A DNA stretch of 64,000 nt from a virus, in IMG/VR virus record IMGVR_UViG_3300028831_000585, positions 1-64,000 of that record. One strand, given 5' to 3'. The notes beneath the pieces are model-generated. The model did no database searches, was not told the origin of the DNA, and worked only from the letters and a program-made list of their open reading frames with translations. Positions within the stretch are counted from its first letter, which is position 1; the number at the start of each line of letters is the position of its first letter. Below are positions 34,300 to 43,813 of this stretch, piece by piece. A program made the translations under genes and the position numbers.

Positions 34300-34796
34300 T
34301 GGCCGGTGAGACCGTGATCACGGTGGTCGGCAACCTGACCGGTGACCCCGAGCTGCGGTTCACGCCGTCCGGCGCAGGCGTGGCCAACTTCTCGATCGCG
34401 TCCACGCCGCGGACGATGGACCGGCAGACCAGCGAGTGGAAGGACGGCGACCCGCTGTTTCTGCGCTGCAACGCGTGGCGCGACCTGGCCGAGCACGTCG
34501 CCGAGACGCTGACCAAAGGCATGCGGGTGATCGCGCAAGGCCGGCTGAAGCAGCGCTCGTACGAGACCCGCGAGGGCGAGAAGCGCACCGTCTACGAGCT
34601 CGAGGTCGACGAGATCGGCCCCAGCCTGCGGTACGCCACCGCCACGGTGCAGAAGCAGTCCAAGCAGGGCGGCGGCCAGTCGCGCGGCCGGGACGACCGC
34701 GGGAGCGGCGACTTCCAGGACCCGTGGTCGGGCGGTTCGGACGGCCGGGGCCAGGCCAGCCGGGCCAGCTCCTTCGACGACGAGCCGCCGTTCTGA
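34299..34796 (+). CDS. ssb: Single-stranded DNA-binding protein
   Basis: OB-fold N-terminus [26 protein letters not shown], Gly-rich linker, acidic tail DDEPPF. Confidence 0.9.
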   Translation: MAGETVITVVGNLTGDPELRFTPSGAGVANFSIASTPRTMDRQTSEWKDGDPLFLRCNAWRDLAEHVAETLTKGMRVIAQGRLKQRSYETREGEKRTVYELEVDEIGPSLRYATATVQKQSKQGGGQSRGRDDRGSGDFQDPWSGGSDGRGQASRASSFDDEPPF

Positions 34797-35272
34797 TGGG
34801 CGGCGAGGTGATGGCGCCGCTGAAGGATCTGGCCGAGAACGGTGACGTGGCCGGCAGCACGGCTGCTGTGCTGTTCGCCGTCGCGCTGGAGCGGCGAGCC
34901 CAGATGGCTCGCTGGGGTGATCAGTCGGATCTCGCCGACGCCGACCCCATCATCCTGCGCCGGGTCGGCAACCCGGACCTGAATCGGCTGGGCACGCCTG
35001 GCGCGGTCGCGGTCCGGCTGGCCGAGCACTACGAGGTGCCGAGCGAGTCGCGGGCGAAGCAGCACCTGCACGGCGAGGTGGCCGAGTGCGGCGGCACTTG
35101 GTTCGGCATCCTGCTGGAGGAGGTCGCCGAGGCGCTGGCCGCGATCCCGCAGGCGCTGGAGAGCGGATCCCCGGCCATGCTGATCGCCGAGGTGGAGCAG
35201 GTGGCCGCCGTGGCGGTGGCCTGGTCGGAGGCGCTGCGGCGCCGGGGCGTGAAGGCGATTGGCCGTACGTGA
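34796..35272 (+). CDS. Possible MazG-like all-alpha NTP pyrophosphohydrolase
   Basis: ILLEEVAEALAA and AEVEQVAAVAVAW acidic helix motifs; function weakly supported. Confidence 0.55.
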   Translation: MGGEVMAPLKDLAENGDVAGSTAAVLFAVALERRAQMARWGDQSDLADADPIILRRVGNPDLNRLGTPGAVAVRLAEHYEVPSESRAKQHLHGEVAECGGTWFGILLEEVAEALAAIPQALESGSPAMLIAEVEQVAAVAVAWSEALRRRGVKAIGRT

Positions 35273-35463
35273 CGAGAGGCCGCCGGTCTGGGCACGGCAA
35301 GCCGGTCACCTCTTCGGACATCCTGACCAATCACCGGGTCAGGGCCGAGGTGGTGGCCGGCGTCGCCGTTTGGGCGTGCATGTTCTGCCCGGGCCGATGG
35401 CCCTACCCGGGCGGCGTCCCGCAGGATGCCGCCCCCTGCATCCCGAGGACGGTGGAACGGTGA
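35269..35463 (+). CDS. Hypothetical 64-aa protein
   Basis: GTGA overlap. Confidence 0.45.
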   Translation: MTRGRRSGHGKPVTSSDILTNHRVRAEVVAGVAVWACMFCPGRWPYPGGVPQDAAPCIPRTVER

Positions 35464-35852
35464 CCGAGGTCTACGGCACTGCGGGCAACCCCGGTGCGCC
35501 GGGCACCTGGCAGCGTGACGTCTGGTGGGCGCTCATCCGGACCGCGCGGGTGGGCGCCCCGACCGGCCGGAGCAGGTGGAAGCCAGCGCCGCCGTTCGTC
35601 ACCTCGTGGGCCGGGCGGACGCTGCGGGTGACCGACGGCGAGCCCCGGCTGCCGTTCGGACGTGGCACGAAAGACACCGCGTGGCTGACCCACATCCCGC
35701 GCACGGTGCTGTTCGCTTGGCACCGGGGTGTGCTGGCCGGGCGGGCCGTCGCCTGGTGGTGCGGCGCCCGGACGGCGTACTTCAGATTGATCGAGGAACC
35801 GGAGTCCGCGCTGTGTCCGAACTGCGTGGTCCGGATGACGAGAGGGGCCTGA
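35460..35852 (+). CDS. Hypothetical 130-aa protein
   Basis: GTGA overlap. Confidence 0.5.
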   Translation: MTEVYGTAGNPGAPGTWQRDVWWALIRTARVGAPTGRSRWKPAPPFVTSWAGRTLRVTDGEPRLPFGRGTKDTAWLTHIPRTVLFAWHRGVLAGRAVAWWCGARTAYFRLIEEPESALCPNCVVRMTRGA

Positions 35853-35854
35853 CG

Positions 35855-36076
35855 ATGCTCCGGCACTGGCGGGCCGTGCTCGTGCTGTTCGTGGCCGTGG
35901 AGGTGCTGACCGGGACGATCGCCTACGGCACGCCGACATGGAACTTCACCCACACCGAGGTGCTGCGCGGCTGGGACTGTGTGGCCTACGTCTGCACCAT
36001 GATGGCAATCGGATTCATGTTCATGACCGGCACCGTCGCGATCATCGTGCGGCTGCTGGACGACAGGAGGAGTTGA
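35855..36076 (+). CDS. Small membrane protein (2 TM)
   Basis: ATG after GAGAGGGG; two hydrophobic helices. Confidence 0.55.
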   Translation: MLRHWRAVLVLFVAVEVLTGTIAYGTPTWNFTHTEVLRGWDCVAYVCTMMAIGFMFMTGTVAIIVRLLDDRRS

Positions 36077-36081
36077 GACGG

Positions 36082-36363
36082 ATGGACGAGGCGATGATCA
36101 GGGTGCCGGTGCCGCGGGAGTTCCTGCTTCAGGTCGGCTGGGCGGACGGCGACGACAAGCCGATGACCCTGCTGCCCCGGATGATGCAGAAGTTCCCGCT
36201 GACGCTTGGCGACTTCGCGGTGGGCGACTGGTACGTGGTCGGCATCGAGATCACGATGGAGCGCTCGCAGCTCAACGTCGGCGAGCAGCACCGGCAGCCG
36301 CTTTCGGCGCCGCTCGCGCTCATCCCGCGCTACTGGGTGATGCTGAGCCGGGTGCTGCCGTAG
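36082..36363 (+). CDS. Hypothetical 93-aa protein
   Basis: ATG after GGAGGAG. Confidence 0.55.
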   Translation: MDEAMIRVPVPREFLLQVGWADGDDKPMTLLPRMMQKFPLTLGDFAVGDWYVVGIEITMERSQLNVGEQHRQPLSAPLALIPRYWVMLSRVLP

Positions 36364-36412
36364 GTCCGGGGTGGACAATCGGGCGTCACGATCAACACGA
36401 GACGGGAGCACC

Positions 36413-37198
36413 ATGACGATCAACTGGGAGCCGACCGGCACCAACGTCTACTTCTTCGAGCCGCACCAGGACGACGGCAGCCTGTTCATGGCCCAGGCCG
36501 CCGCCCACCACGTCCTGGCCGAGCGCACCGTGCACGTCGTGCTGATGAGCAACGGCAGCACCAGCAACGTCCGGCGCAAGCTGAACGGCGAGATTCACAC
36601 CGGCCCGTGGTGGGGCGGCTTCCACGACCCCGAGCACGAGGGCTACGACCCGTTCCCGGACACGCCGGCCGGTCGCAGGGAGTTCGGGCTGCGGCGCACC
36701 GAGGAGTGGTCGCGGTCGTGGCTGCAACTGGGTGTGCCGATCGAGCGGCAGCATTTCGGCATCGACTTGGCGAGCTCGGCCGACCTGCCGGACGCGATCA
36801 GCGTGGACTACGCCAGCACCGTCTTCCAGTACTGGATGAACCGCGACCTGTCGGCCGGGCTGGCCCGGCCCGGCTTCTACACCATGCACTGGGAGGATTC
36901 GACCGCCGACCACGCCGCCTGCGGCACCGCGCTGCGGACGCTGCGGCTGGAGGACGCCCGGTTCGCCGACAGCCGGTGGATGGTGCGGCTCGAGCAGGAG
37001 GACGAGTTCGGCGCCCCCTACGGGGTGCCGGCCACACTGCTGCCCGAGGTGAAGGCGATGCAGAAGCGCTCGGCCTTCGCGTACGCCGCCTGGGCCCCGG
37101 ACGCGGACGCGTTCGCGATCGGCATGCAGAGCGTGTCCGGCCTGTTCGAGACCGGACCGCTGGCGGGCAAGGCCAACCAGATCGTGCGGTTTCCCTGA
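36413..37198 (+). CDS. PIG-L / LmbE-family N-acetylglucosaminyl deacetylase-like protein
   Basis: FFEPHQDDGSLF (PHxDD-type) and STADHAACG (HxDH-type) metal-binding motifs. Confidence 0.65.
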   Translation: MTINWEPTGTNVYFFEPHQDDGSLFMAQAAAHHVLAERTVHVVLMSNGSTSNVRRKLNGEIHTGPWWGGFHDPEHEGYDPFPDTPAGRREFGLRRTEEWSRSWLQLGVPIERQHFGIDLASSADLPDAISVDYASTVFQYWMNRDLSAGLARPGFYTMHWEDSTADHAACGTALRTLRLEDARFADSRWMVRLEQEDEFGAPYGVPATLLPEVKAMQKRSAFAYAAWAPDADAFAIGMQSVSGLFETGPLAGKANQIVRFP

Positions 37199-37407
37199 TG
37201 GGGCGCCGTCGCGACCGGGGGCCGTCCACGCGCCCGGCCGCGGTGGTGCTCGCGCTGGGCGGCATTTTCATCGGCGGTTACCGCTGGCTGCTGCCGCTCG
37301 GCGACCCGGCCTGGCCCGAGGTGGTGCTGCGCGTCCTCTGCGGCCTGCTCGCGCTGGTGTGCTTCCTCGGCGCCGTCGACTTGTGGTTCATGGATCGGAG
37401 GCACTGA
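37198..37407 (+). CDS. Small membrane protein (2 TM, 69 aa)
   Basis: TGATG overlap; hydrophobic. Confidence 0.5.
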   Translation: MGRRRDRGPSTRPAAVVLALGGIFIGGYRWLLPLGDPAWPEVVLRVLCGLLALVCFLGAVDLWFMDRRH

Positions 37408-37877
37408 TGCAGATCATGCTGGTCGCGCCCGGCACCGACGTCGACCGGATGTGGATCGACGCCGATCAGGCCGGCAGCGGCTTCGTCTACGACAAACCTT
37501 CCGCCGATCTACCGATGAGGGTGGAGGACACGCTGCTGCCGGCACGGCCGCAGATCGGCGTGGCCCGGGTGGTCCGCTACCGGGTGCCAGGCTGGCGGGT
37601 CGTGCTGACCTTCGCCGTCGCCGATGATGCCTGGGTCGGCCGGACGCCGGGTGCTTACATCAGGCCCGGCTACCTCCTGCCCGGCTACATCGGCGGCGAC
37701 ACCGTGGAGGCGGTGCCGGTCTGCACCTGGTGCTACGGGCACACCGCTCCGTGGCGACCGCCGGAGCAGCCGCTGGCGGGCCGTCATCCGGCATTTCTCA
37801 CCCGGCACACCGAGCAGGAGTGCCGGGCCGAGAAGGGTGAGCGCCGGCGTGCGCTCACGCGAATCACGGGGATCTGA
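37407..37877 (+). CDS. Hypothetical 156-aa protein
   Basis: ATG after GGAGG. Confidence 0.6.
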   Translation: MQIMLVAPGTDVDRMWIDADQAGSGFVYDKPSADLPMRVEDTLLPARPQIGVARVVRYRVPGWRVVLTFAVADDAWVGRTPGAYIRPGYLLPGYIGGDTVEAVPVCTWCYGHTAPWRPPEQPLAGRHPAFLTRHTEQECRAEKGERRRALTRITGI

Positions 37878-38179
37878 TGGCCGTCGACTGGGGCGAGATG
37901 CTGGCGTGCGAGCAGTGCGTGGCCACGCTCGGCAAGCCGTGCCTGGACCTGCTCGGGGCGGGGCCGGAGGCGCTGCCGTCCCGCCCCCGTGCGGTCCCGC
38001 ATTCCGGCCGCAAGTCACGGGCCGAGGCGGCCGCAAAACGCGCGGCACCCGCAAAGGCGACAGCCGCAAAGCCGCGACCTGCGGCATCATCTACTTCTGC
38101 GGGCAGGCGAACGGCCCGCAAAACGACGAGCACGGCCGATGCGTGGCTTGCGCTGGCCGAGAGACGGAGAAGCACGTGA
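37877..38179 (+). CDS. Hypothetical basic 100-aa protein with an Ala/Lys/Arg-rich tail
   Basis: Track ORF. Confidence 0.5.
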   Translation: MAVDWGEMLACEQCVATLGKPCLDLLGAGPEALPSRPRAVPHSGRKSRAEAAAKRAAPAKATAAKPRPAASSTSAGRRTARKTTSTADAWLALAERRRST

Positions 38180-38943
38180 GCGAGACGGACCGCAAGGTCG
38201 GGCACCCAGAGGGGGTGACCGTCTTCGTGGAGCACAAGACGAGGACCACCTACCGCGACGGCACGGTGGTGGACAGCGAGCCCTGCTGGTCGACCGGCAA
38301 CACGCTGGACGAGCTGCGAGAGCACCGGGCGCGGTGGCATCGGCCCGAGCCGAGCTCGTCGGTTCGGACCAGGATGCAGCGCGAGGGCATCGTGGCCGAG
38401 GCGGACCTCTACCGGCAGGTGCGCACCGAGGTGGGCACGTGGACCGACCTGGACGCGCGCACGCCGGTGTTCACCTCCCGGCTGTCCGCCGCCGAGCCGA
38501 TCAGCAAAGGCCAGCCGGTGTACCAGCGGCCGATTGGCGCAGGCGAGCAGATCACCGTTCAGCTCGGCACCGCACCGGTCTGGGCGTTCACCTACGCCGC
38601 GGCGGGGGAGGGCCGGGCGCCGATCGGGGTTGCGGCCGCCGACTACCAGCCGGGCGATGCGGTGGAGCTGGCCGACCACGGCACGGTCCGCGCGGTTCCT
38701 TTCGGCGACCCGGCGACCGCAACCGCAGACGCGCAGCCGCGGGCCGCAACCATCGCCGACCTGCTGACCTGGGACGACCTGGATGCGCTGCGTCGGGCCG
38801 GCGAGATTGCGGTGGCCAACACCGAGCGCGGCGTCCACCCCGAGGATCTGCTGGTCGCCGACGACGAGCTGGTGAGCGCCTTGCGCCAGGCGCTGGGCCG
38901 GCTGGAGCTGGGCCGCATGCACGGATATGAGGCCAAGCCATGA
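38176..38943 (+). CDS. Hypothetical 255-aa protein
   Basis: GTGA overlap. Confidence 0.55.
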   Translation: MSETDRKVGHPEGVTVFVEHKTRTTYRDGTVVDSEPCWSTGNTLDELREHRARWHRPEPSSSVRTRMQREGIVAEADLYRQVRTEVGTWTDLDARTPVFTSRLSAAEPISKGQPVYQRPIGAGEQITVQLGTAPVWAFTYAAAGEGRAPIGVAAADYQPGDAVELADHGTVRAVPFGDPATATADAQPRAATIADLLTWDDLDALRRAGEIAVANTERGVHPEDLLVADDELVSALRQALGRLELGRMHGYEAKP

Positions 38944-39386
38944 CCGTCCGGCTGATGATCGGCTACGAGATCTCGGACGGCTCGGCCCCGGCGAGCATCG
39001 ACGTCGTCTGGGAGGACGCCCCGCCGGGTGCCGACGAGATCCTGCGCGTGATCAGCGGGGTTGCCGGGATCGTGCGGGACCGGCACGTCGCCTATGAGAC
39101 GCGCGAGCAGTCCGGCCCGACCGGCAGGCGGTATGTGGACGGCCCGCCGGAGGATGCCGCCGAGAAGGACGACCGTTTCACCGCGGCCGAGGACATGAAC
39201 CTGGGCGACATGGCGGGGGTCATGATCGAGGCCGGTCCTCGCCGCAGCCAGGTCCGGAAGACGTACGCCGGCCCGCAGTGGCTGTTTGTCGCCCCCGCGG
39301 CGCAGACGATTCTGAAGGGCGAAAAGCTGATCTACGGGGCCATGCCGGAAGGCGACCCCAAGCACGTGTGGAAGGTGGCCGACTGA
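38940..39386 (+). CDS. Hypothetical 148-aa protein
   Basis: Track ORF; ATGA overlap. Confidence 0.6.
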   Translation: MTVRLMIGYEISDGSAPASIDVVWEDAPPGADEILRVISGVAGIVRDRHVAYETREQSGPTGRRYVDGPPEDAAEKDDRFTAAEDMNLGDMAGVMIEAGPRRSQVRKTYAGPQWLFVAPAAQTILKGEKLIYGAMPEGDPKHVWKVAD

Positions 39387-39745
39387 TGAAGGTGCTGGTC
39401 ATCGGCGGGGAGCGGTCCGGCGAGTGGGTGGATGTGCTGGACGGCGCGCAGGCCTGGGTGGACATCAGGACGGGTGATACGTTCCGGATCGCCCACATCG
39501 ACTGGGCGGTGCAGAAGCCGGGCGAGGACGGCCTGATCGAGGTGGTGGAGCGCTACCGGATCCGGCTGGCCATCCACCCGGAGATCGCGGCCGTGCCCGG
39601 CAGCGGGCAGATCATCAATCAGGCGGTCAGCAACCTGGCCATGACCCACTTCGCACGGGCCGAAGGCGAGCCGCTCGAGCTGGAACCGCCGAAGGCGCCG
39701 GACACGCCGGCCGCGCTCTACGGCCCGGATGGGAAGCCGCTGTGA
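39386..39745 (+). CDS. Hypothetical 119-aa protein
   Basis: TGATG overlap. Confidence 0.6.
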   Translation: MKVLVIGGERSGEWVDVLDGAQAWVDIRTGDTFRIAHIDWAVQKPGEDGLIEVVERYRIRLAIHPEIAAVPGSGQIINQAVSNLAMTHFARAEGEPLELEPPKAPDTPAALYGPDGKPL

Positions 39746-40188
39746 GCGACGAGCGGCCGACGAAGAGGATCAGCCCGGAGAGGATCGCAGCCGCCCGGGC
39801 GGGTGCGCTCGGCCCCGGCCCCGGCGAGCCCGAGCTGGCCGACCTACCGCGCCGGGGCCGGGGTGTCGTCTGGCTGGATGCCCGCGCGGCCGAGGCGATG
39901 CTGCGCCTGCCGCACGGCCAGCGGGTGGTGAGCATCGGCGCCGACTGGCTGCGCGACGGGATCGCCTTCGTCGTGGAGGGACCCGGCCTGCCGCCGCAGG
40001 AGGAGGGCATGCTGCCCGAGCCGCTGCCGGCCGGCAACTACGTCGACTTCCACCTGCTGGACAAGGTGCGGGCGCTGGCCGAGCGCTGGCACATCGATCG
40101 GGAGGGCCGGGACGACGACGAGTTGCTGGGCCTGCTCATCGCCACGCTGACCGGCAACTACGACCCGCGGACGGAGCTCCCGTCGTGA
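39742..40188 (+). CDS. Hypothetical 148-aa protein
   Basis: Track ORF; GTGA overlap. Confidence 0.55.
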   Translation: MSDERPTKRISPERIAAARAGALGPGPGEPELADLPRRGRGVVWLDARAAEAMLRLPHGQRVVSIGADWLRDGIAFVVEGPGLPPQEEGMLPEPLPAGNYVDFHLLDKVRALAERWHIDREGRDDDELLGLLIATLTGNYDPRTELPS

Positions 40189-40460
40189 GGCGGCCGTGCG
40201 GCGCCGAGCGGCCGCCGCTGAGGCCGACCGGCTGGGAGTGCCTGGGGGTCGACCTGGTGATTGTGATGCGCGGGCCGGAGGGTGTGCCGGTGGTGGTGCC
40301 GCGGATCCTCGTGCACCTGATCGGTGAGGCGTCCGAGAAGGTGATGAGGCAGGAGGGTCACCCGACGCCGTTCACCGGTGGCGATCACCTGCATCTGGTG
40401 CTGCCGGTGGGTCGCGAGACCGGCTTCGCGGTGGCCCGCGCCAACCTCACTCCGAGGTGA
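40185..40460 (+). CDS. Hypothetical 91-aa protein
   Basis: GTGA overlap. Confidence 0.5.
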   Translation: MRRPCGAERPPLRPTGWECLGVDLVIVMRGPEGVPVVVPRILVHLIGEASEKVMRQEGHPTPFTGGDHLHLVLPVGRETGFAVARANLTPR

Positions 40461-40461
40461 C

Positions 40462-40499
40462 GCAACCGTGTTGCCTGTAGGGCCATGTGGGGGTACACT
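40462..40499 (+). promoter_or_regulatory. Rightward leaderless promoter of the shared type
   Basis: GCAAC-CGT-GTTGC at 40462-40474 and GGGGG-TACACT at 40489-40499; ATG at 40506 is 12 nt from the start of the -10. Confidence 0.65.
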
Positions 40500-40505
40500 T
40501 AGAGC

Positions 40506-40898
40506 ATGACGACGCGCATCCTGCCCAGTGGCCGCATCCTCTGCTTCTACACCAACCCCGTCACCGGCAAGGGCGTCCCCGCTCACGTGATCTGGGCCAG
40601 CGAGGACAGGGGCAGGCTTGTCATCGACCTGATCAACCAGAAGGGCGAGTGGATGGTCACCGCAGGCGATCTGTACTGCGAGGACGAGTCGGGACGCTTC
40701 CTCGGCGGCCCGCAGATCGAAGGCGAGCGCGTGGAGACCTGCATCGTCAAGATCGCCGACGAGGGCAACCGGCCGTGCGGCGCCGAGGTCGTCTACCGCA
40801 CCGCCGAGCAGGCCTCGGCCAACGGTCAGACCTATTCGGGCTGGTACCACGCCAGCGGAGAGGCCGACCACCACGCCGTGCCCAAGTCCTACATCTGA
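40506..40898 (+). CDS. Hypothetical 130-aa protein
   Basis: Track ORF with a leaderless start. Confidence 0.65.
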   Translation: MTTRILPSGRILCFYTNPVTGKGVPAHVIWASEDRGRLVIDLINQKGEWMVTAGDLYCEDESGRFLGGPQIEGERVETCIVKIADEGNRPCGAEVVYRTAEQASANGQTYSGWYHASGEADHHAVPKSYI

Positions 40899-40974
40899 TC
40901 TCCCCCGAAGCGGCCCCCGTTCCCACCGGAGCGGGGGTCGTTCGCTGTCCGCTCGGCGTGCCACCATCGGGCAC

Positions 40975-41625
40975 ATGGCGCGAACACAAGACATCCCCTA
41001 CCCGTTACGACGCGAACGCAGCATGCTGGACGACCTCGCCGAGGCGGTGGCCGCCGCCGACGGCCTGCTCCCCCCGCTGCGGTACCTGCTCGCCCAGCCG
41101 TCCGGCAACGGGCCGAGCATCGGCAGTACCCACAACGCCCCCGAGTCGTCCGAGCCGTGGAACGCGTCCGCCGCCGCCGTCTACTGGGACATCTGGTACG
41201 GCGCCCGCTCGCTGGCCCGCCGGATGCGCACCGAGCTCGGCCTCTCCGACGACTGCCTGCCCGGTCCGGAAGGCCTCGCCCAGGTGCTCGCCTGCGGCCC
41301 GGCCGTCTCGGCCCGGCTGCTCGGCGAGGTGACCGCCCGGCTCTGGTCATGGGTGCAGCGGGCCAGCGCGCTCCCCGACGTCGGCGAGTCCGAGCCGTGG
41401 ACGCATGTGCCGCGGGTGCCCGGCTTCCAGCCGCCGGCCTGCCCGTACTGCAAGACGTTCGGCCTGCGCATGCAGCCGCGCGCAGGGCAGATCCGGTGCT
41501 TCTTCCCCGACTGCCGCGACCTGGACGGCCACCCCACCCGGGCCCGGATGGAGTACGGGCACTTCGGCAAGCCGTGCCTGGTGTTCGGCGACGGCACCGT
41601 GCTCGCCTTCGGGGACGCGTCGTGA
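40975..41625 (+). CDS. Hypothetical 216-aa protein with a C-terminal zinc ribbon (CPYC...CFFPDC)
   Basis: Track ORF; start uncertain. Confidence 0.55.
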   Translation: MARTQDIPYPLRRERSMLDDLAEAVAAADGLLPPLRYLLAQPSGNGPSIGSTHNAPESSEPWNASAAAVYWDIWYGARSLARRMRTELGLSDDCLPGPEGLAQVLACGPAVSARLLGEVTARLWSWVQRASALPDVGESEPWTHVPRVPGFQPPACPYCKTFGLRMQPRAGQIRCFFPDCRDLDGHPTRARMEYGHFGKPCLVFGDGTVLAFGDAS

Positions 41626-41741
41626 GCTGGGGATCGTTCGCGCTGGGCATGGTCGCGGGCACGGTGCTGACGCTGGCCGGGTCGGTGATCGGCACGCTGC
41701 TGCTGATGCGCGCCTCGGCACGGTCGGACCGTACGATCTGA
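41622..41741 (+). CDS. 39-aa single-TM peptide
   Basis: GTGA overlap; one hydrophobic helix. Confidence 0.4.
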   Translation: MSWGSFALGMVAGTVLTLAGSVIGTLLLMRASARSDRTI

Positions 41742-41761
41742 GACGTCGGAAGGAGACGGAT

Positions 41762-42211
41762 GTGACACGGACCGACTACCTCAGCTACTACCTGGACCAC
41801 CCGATCGGCGCGACCAGAAGCCTGCTCCAGCGCTGCTGGCGCCGCACGCAGAACCGCTGGTGGGATCTGCGTGCCCGGCTGGCCGGCGCCTGCAACGCGG
41901 ACACCTGGGACGAGGCCAGAGGCCGCTACATCGGCTACGCCCACTGGCGGTGCGGCCGGGCGCGCGGCCACGCCGTGCCGCACCGGTTCGTCAACAGCAC
42001 TTGGATGAACGGCGACGATCGCACCCGGTATGACCCGATACCGGTGCGAGGCAGGGCTGAGCATGTCGCTGCCGTCTACGCAGCCGTCCCGTTCCGGCAC
42101 CTGACCGGCCACCGCCACCTGATCGCCCCGCTGGCCCGGCAGCGACGGATCGACCGTGATGCCGACGCGGCCCTGGCTCGCCGACTCGCCGAGCGGGCGG
42201 CCACCCGATGA
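41762..42211 (+). CDS. Hypothetical 149-aa protein
   Basis: GTG 6 nt after AAGGAGA. Confidence 0.55.
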   Translation: MTRTDYLSYYLDHPIGATRSLLQRCWRRTQNRWWDLRARLAGACNADTWDEARGRYIGYAHWRCGRARGHAVPHRFVNSTWMNGDDRTRYDPIPVRGRAEHVAAVYAAVPFRHLTGHRHLIAPLARQRRIDRDADAALARRLAERAATR

Positions 42212-42651
42212 GGCGCGGCGTCCCGACCGGCTCGCCGGTGTGCGGGCACGGCTACGCCCGGACGATCACCAACCGGCACCCGGACGGCAAGCCGTGCACC
42301 GGCGGCTACGACGCGGCCGACGTCGGCGCCCTGGTCGCAGCGCTCAAAGAGATCCCTGCCCTGCATGCCGACGGCCCGGCCGTGAACTGCGAGGCGGTGG
42401 CCAAACACCTGCTCGAGGCAGGCTGGCGGTTTGTCGACCCGGACGAGAAGCACGTCATTGAGCTGGGCGCCGACGGCTGGACGCTGAAGCACCCGCTGGC
42501 CTGCCGGGCCGCCGACCTGTTCGCCTGCCCGGTCAACGCGGCCGCCAGCCGGACCGCCCTGGAGGTGTGGTCGGAGCTTCAGCCCGCGCACGGCCGGTTC
42601 CGGTGCGTGGAACAGGCCGGGCACTTGGTGCTGCTGGAGCGGGTGCCGTGA
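42208..42651 (+). CDS. Hypothetical 147-aa protein
   Basis: Track ORF; ATGA overlap. Confidence 0.6.
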   Translation: MRRGVPTGSPVCGHGYARTITNRHPDGKPCTGGYDAADVGALVAALKEIPALHADGPAVNCEAVAKHLLEAGWRFVDPDEKHVIELGADGWTLKHPLACRAADLFACPVNAAASRTALEVWSELQPAHGRFRCVEQAGHLVLLERVP

Positions 42652-42983
42652 GCACGCCGCGCACCGTGCCCTGCACGATCGTCTCGGTGATCTCCGGGGA
42701 CACGCTGCTGCTGGATCTGCGGCTCGGCTTCGGCGTCCGGGTGGAGCTGCCCTGCAAGCTGCTCGGCATCGTGGCCTACCCGCCGGACAGCAGGGAGGGT
42801 GCCGGCCAGCGCGCCGAACTGCACCGGGCGATGCAGTCGCTGGCCGAGCAGCCGGGCCCGCTCGCGCTGGCCTTCACCTCGCACGAGTTCCGGCCCGGCG
42901 AGGCGCACGGCCAGCTCATCGTCACCGACGCCCAGGGCGCCCGGCACGACCTGGCCGCCGCGGTCACCGTCGGGGACGGCTGA
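42648..42983 (+). CDS. Hypothetical 111-aa protein
   Basis: GTGA overlap. Confidence 0.5.
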   Translation: MSTPRTVPCTIVSVISGDTLLLDLRLGFGVRVELPCKLLGIVAYPPDSREGAGQRAELHRAMQSLAEQPGPLALAFTSHEFRPGEAHGQLIVTDAQGARHDLAAAVTVGDG

Positions 42984-43153
42984 TGTTCGGCCGGGGGGAG
43001 CCGGAGGCCCGGCCGCGCAAGCCGGACTGCTCGCTCTGCCAGCGACGGCGCCGGATCGTCCGGGTGATGCGCCGTGCCGGAGAGGGCGACCAGAAGCAGG
43101 ACGACCCCGACTGGGCGATCCGGATCTGCGACTTCTGCGACGCGCCGACATGA
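42983..43153 (+). CDS. 56-aa zinc-ribbon protein (CSLC...CDFC)
   Basis: Translated by hand; below the track's size cut-off; TGATG and ATGA overlaps at the two ends. Confidence 0.45.
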   Translation: MFGRGEPEARPRKPDCSLCQRRRRIVRVMRRAGEGDQKQDDPDWAIRICDFCDAPT

Positions 43154-43242
43154 GGGTGACCCTGCTGCACGTTCTCATCGCGGCGGTGCTGCTCATCGGC
43201 GGGGTCTGGTTCGGGGCGCTCTTCGCCTGCACGTGTACCTAG
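43150..43242 (+). CDS. 30-aa single-TM peptide
   Basis: ATGA overlap; hydrophobic. Confidence 0.35.
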   Translation: MRVTLLHVLIAAVLLIGGVWFGALFACTCT

Positions 43243-43257
43243 CCCGAACGGCCCCGG

Positions 43258-43275
43258 GTCACCCGTACGGGTGAC
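43258..43275. repeat. Perfect 18-bp palindrome GTCACCCGTACGGGTGAC between the early arm and the HNH/terminase genes
   Basis: Read directly; could be a terminator hairpin or a cos/pac-associated site. Confidence 0.4.
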
Positions 43276-43340
43276 GGAATGTCTGACGTATCAGGCGGCA
43301 CGTAGCGTCTGAGAATGGGCCTCTTACCGGCGTTTTCGTC

Positions 43341-43781
43341 ATGATCGGCATCGACTGCCTGGCGCACGGCCGCCACTCGGCGCCGGTGCCGATCGAGGAG
43401 CACCACCTGCGCCCGCTGGCCCGCGGCGGCGACCCGGCCGAGCCGACCATTGCGCTCTGCGCCAACGCGCACGGCCTGGTGCACGCCCTGCTGGACGAGA
43501 TTGAGGGCATCGCCGTGGTCAGCCCGTACGCCACCCTGCACGAGGTGGTCCGGACGCTGCCGGACAGCGTGTGGGCCAGCTTCCCCGGCAAGGTCCGGCT
43601 GATCGCCTACCGCGGCTGGCAGGCGTACGGGCTCGCGTTTCTCGGCCGGCGCCTGCGCGGCCAGCATCGGCACTGGACGACAGACGGCCAACCGAAGACG
43701 GACGGCCTGCCCGCGTACGGCGAGGCGACCCGCACCCTGGCGCTGGCCCGGCGGTTGCGCAGGCACATTGCAACGCTGTGA
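43341..43781 (+). CDS. HNH endonuclease (packaging-associated)
   Basis: EEHHLRPLARGG...CANAHGLVH motif; position just upstream of the terminase genes. Confidence 0.75.
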   Translation: MIGIDCLAHGRHSAPVPIEEHHLRPLARGGDPAEPTIALCANAHGLVHALLDEIEGIAVVSPYATLHEVVRTLPDSVWASFPGKVRLIAYRGWQAYGLAFLGRRLRGQHRHWTTDGQPKTDGLPAYGEATRTLALARRLRRHIATL

Positions 43782-43813
43782 CGGTACCGTGGCCAGCAGA
43801 GACGGAGGCGATC

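Noticed and set aside
43752-43790. GTTGC-N11-GCAAC followed by GGTACC, near the end of the HNH gene, as another copy of the shared operator.
   Set aside because: The half-sites are in the opposite order and at a different spacing. There is no G5-TACNNT box, and the site lies inside coding sequence.
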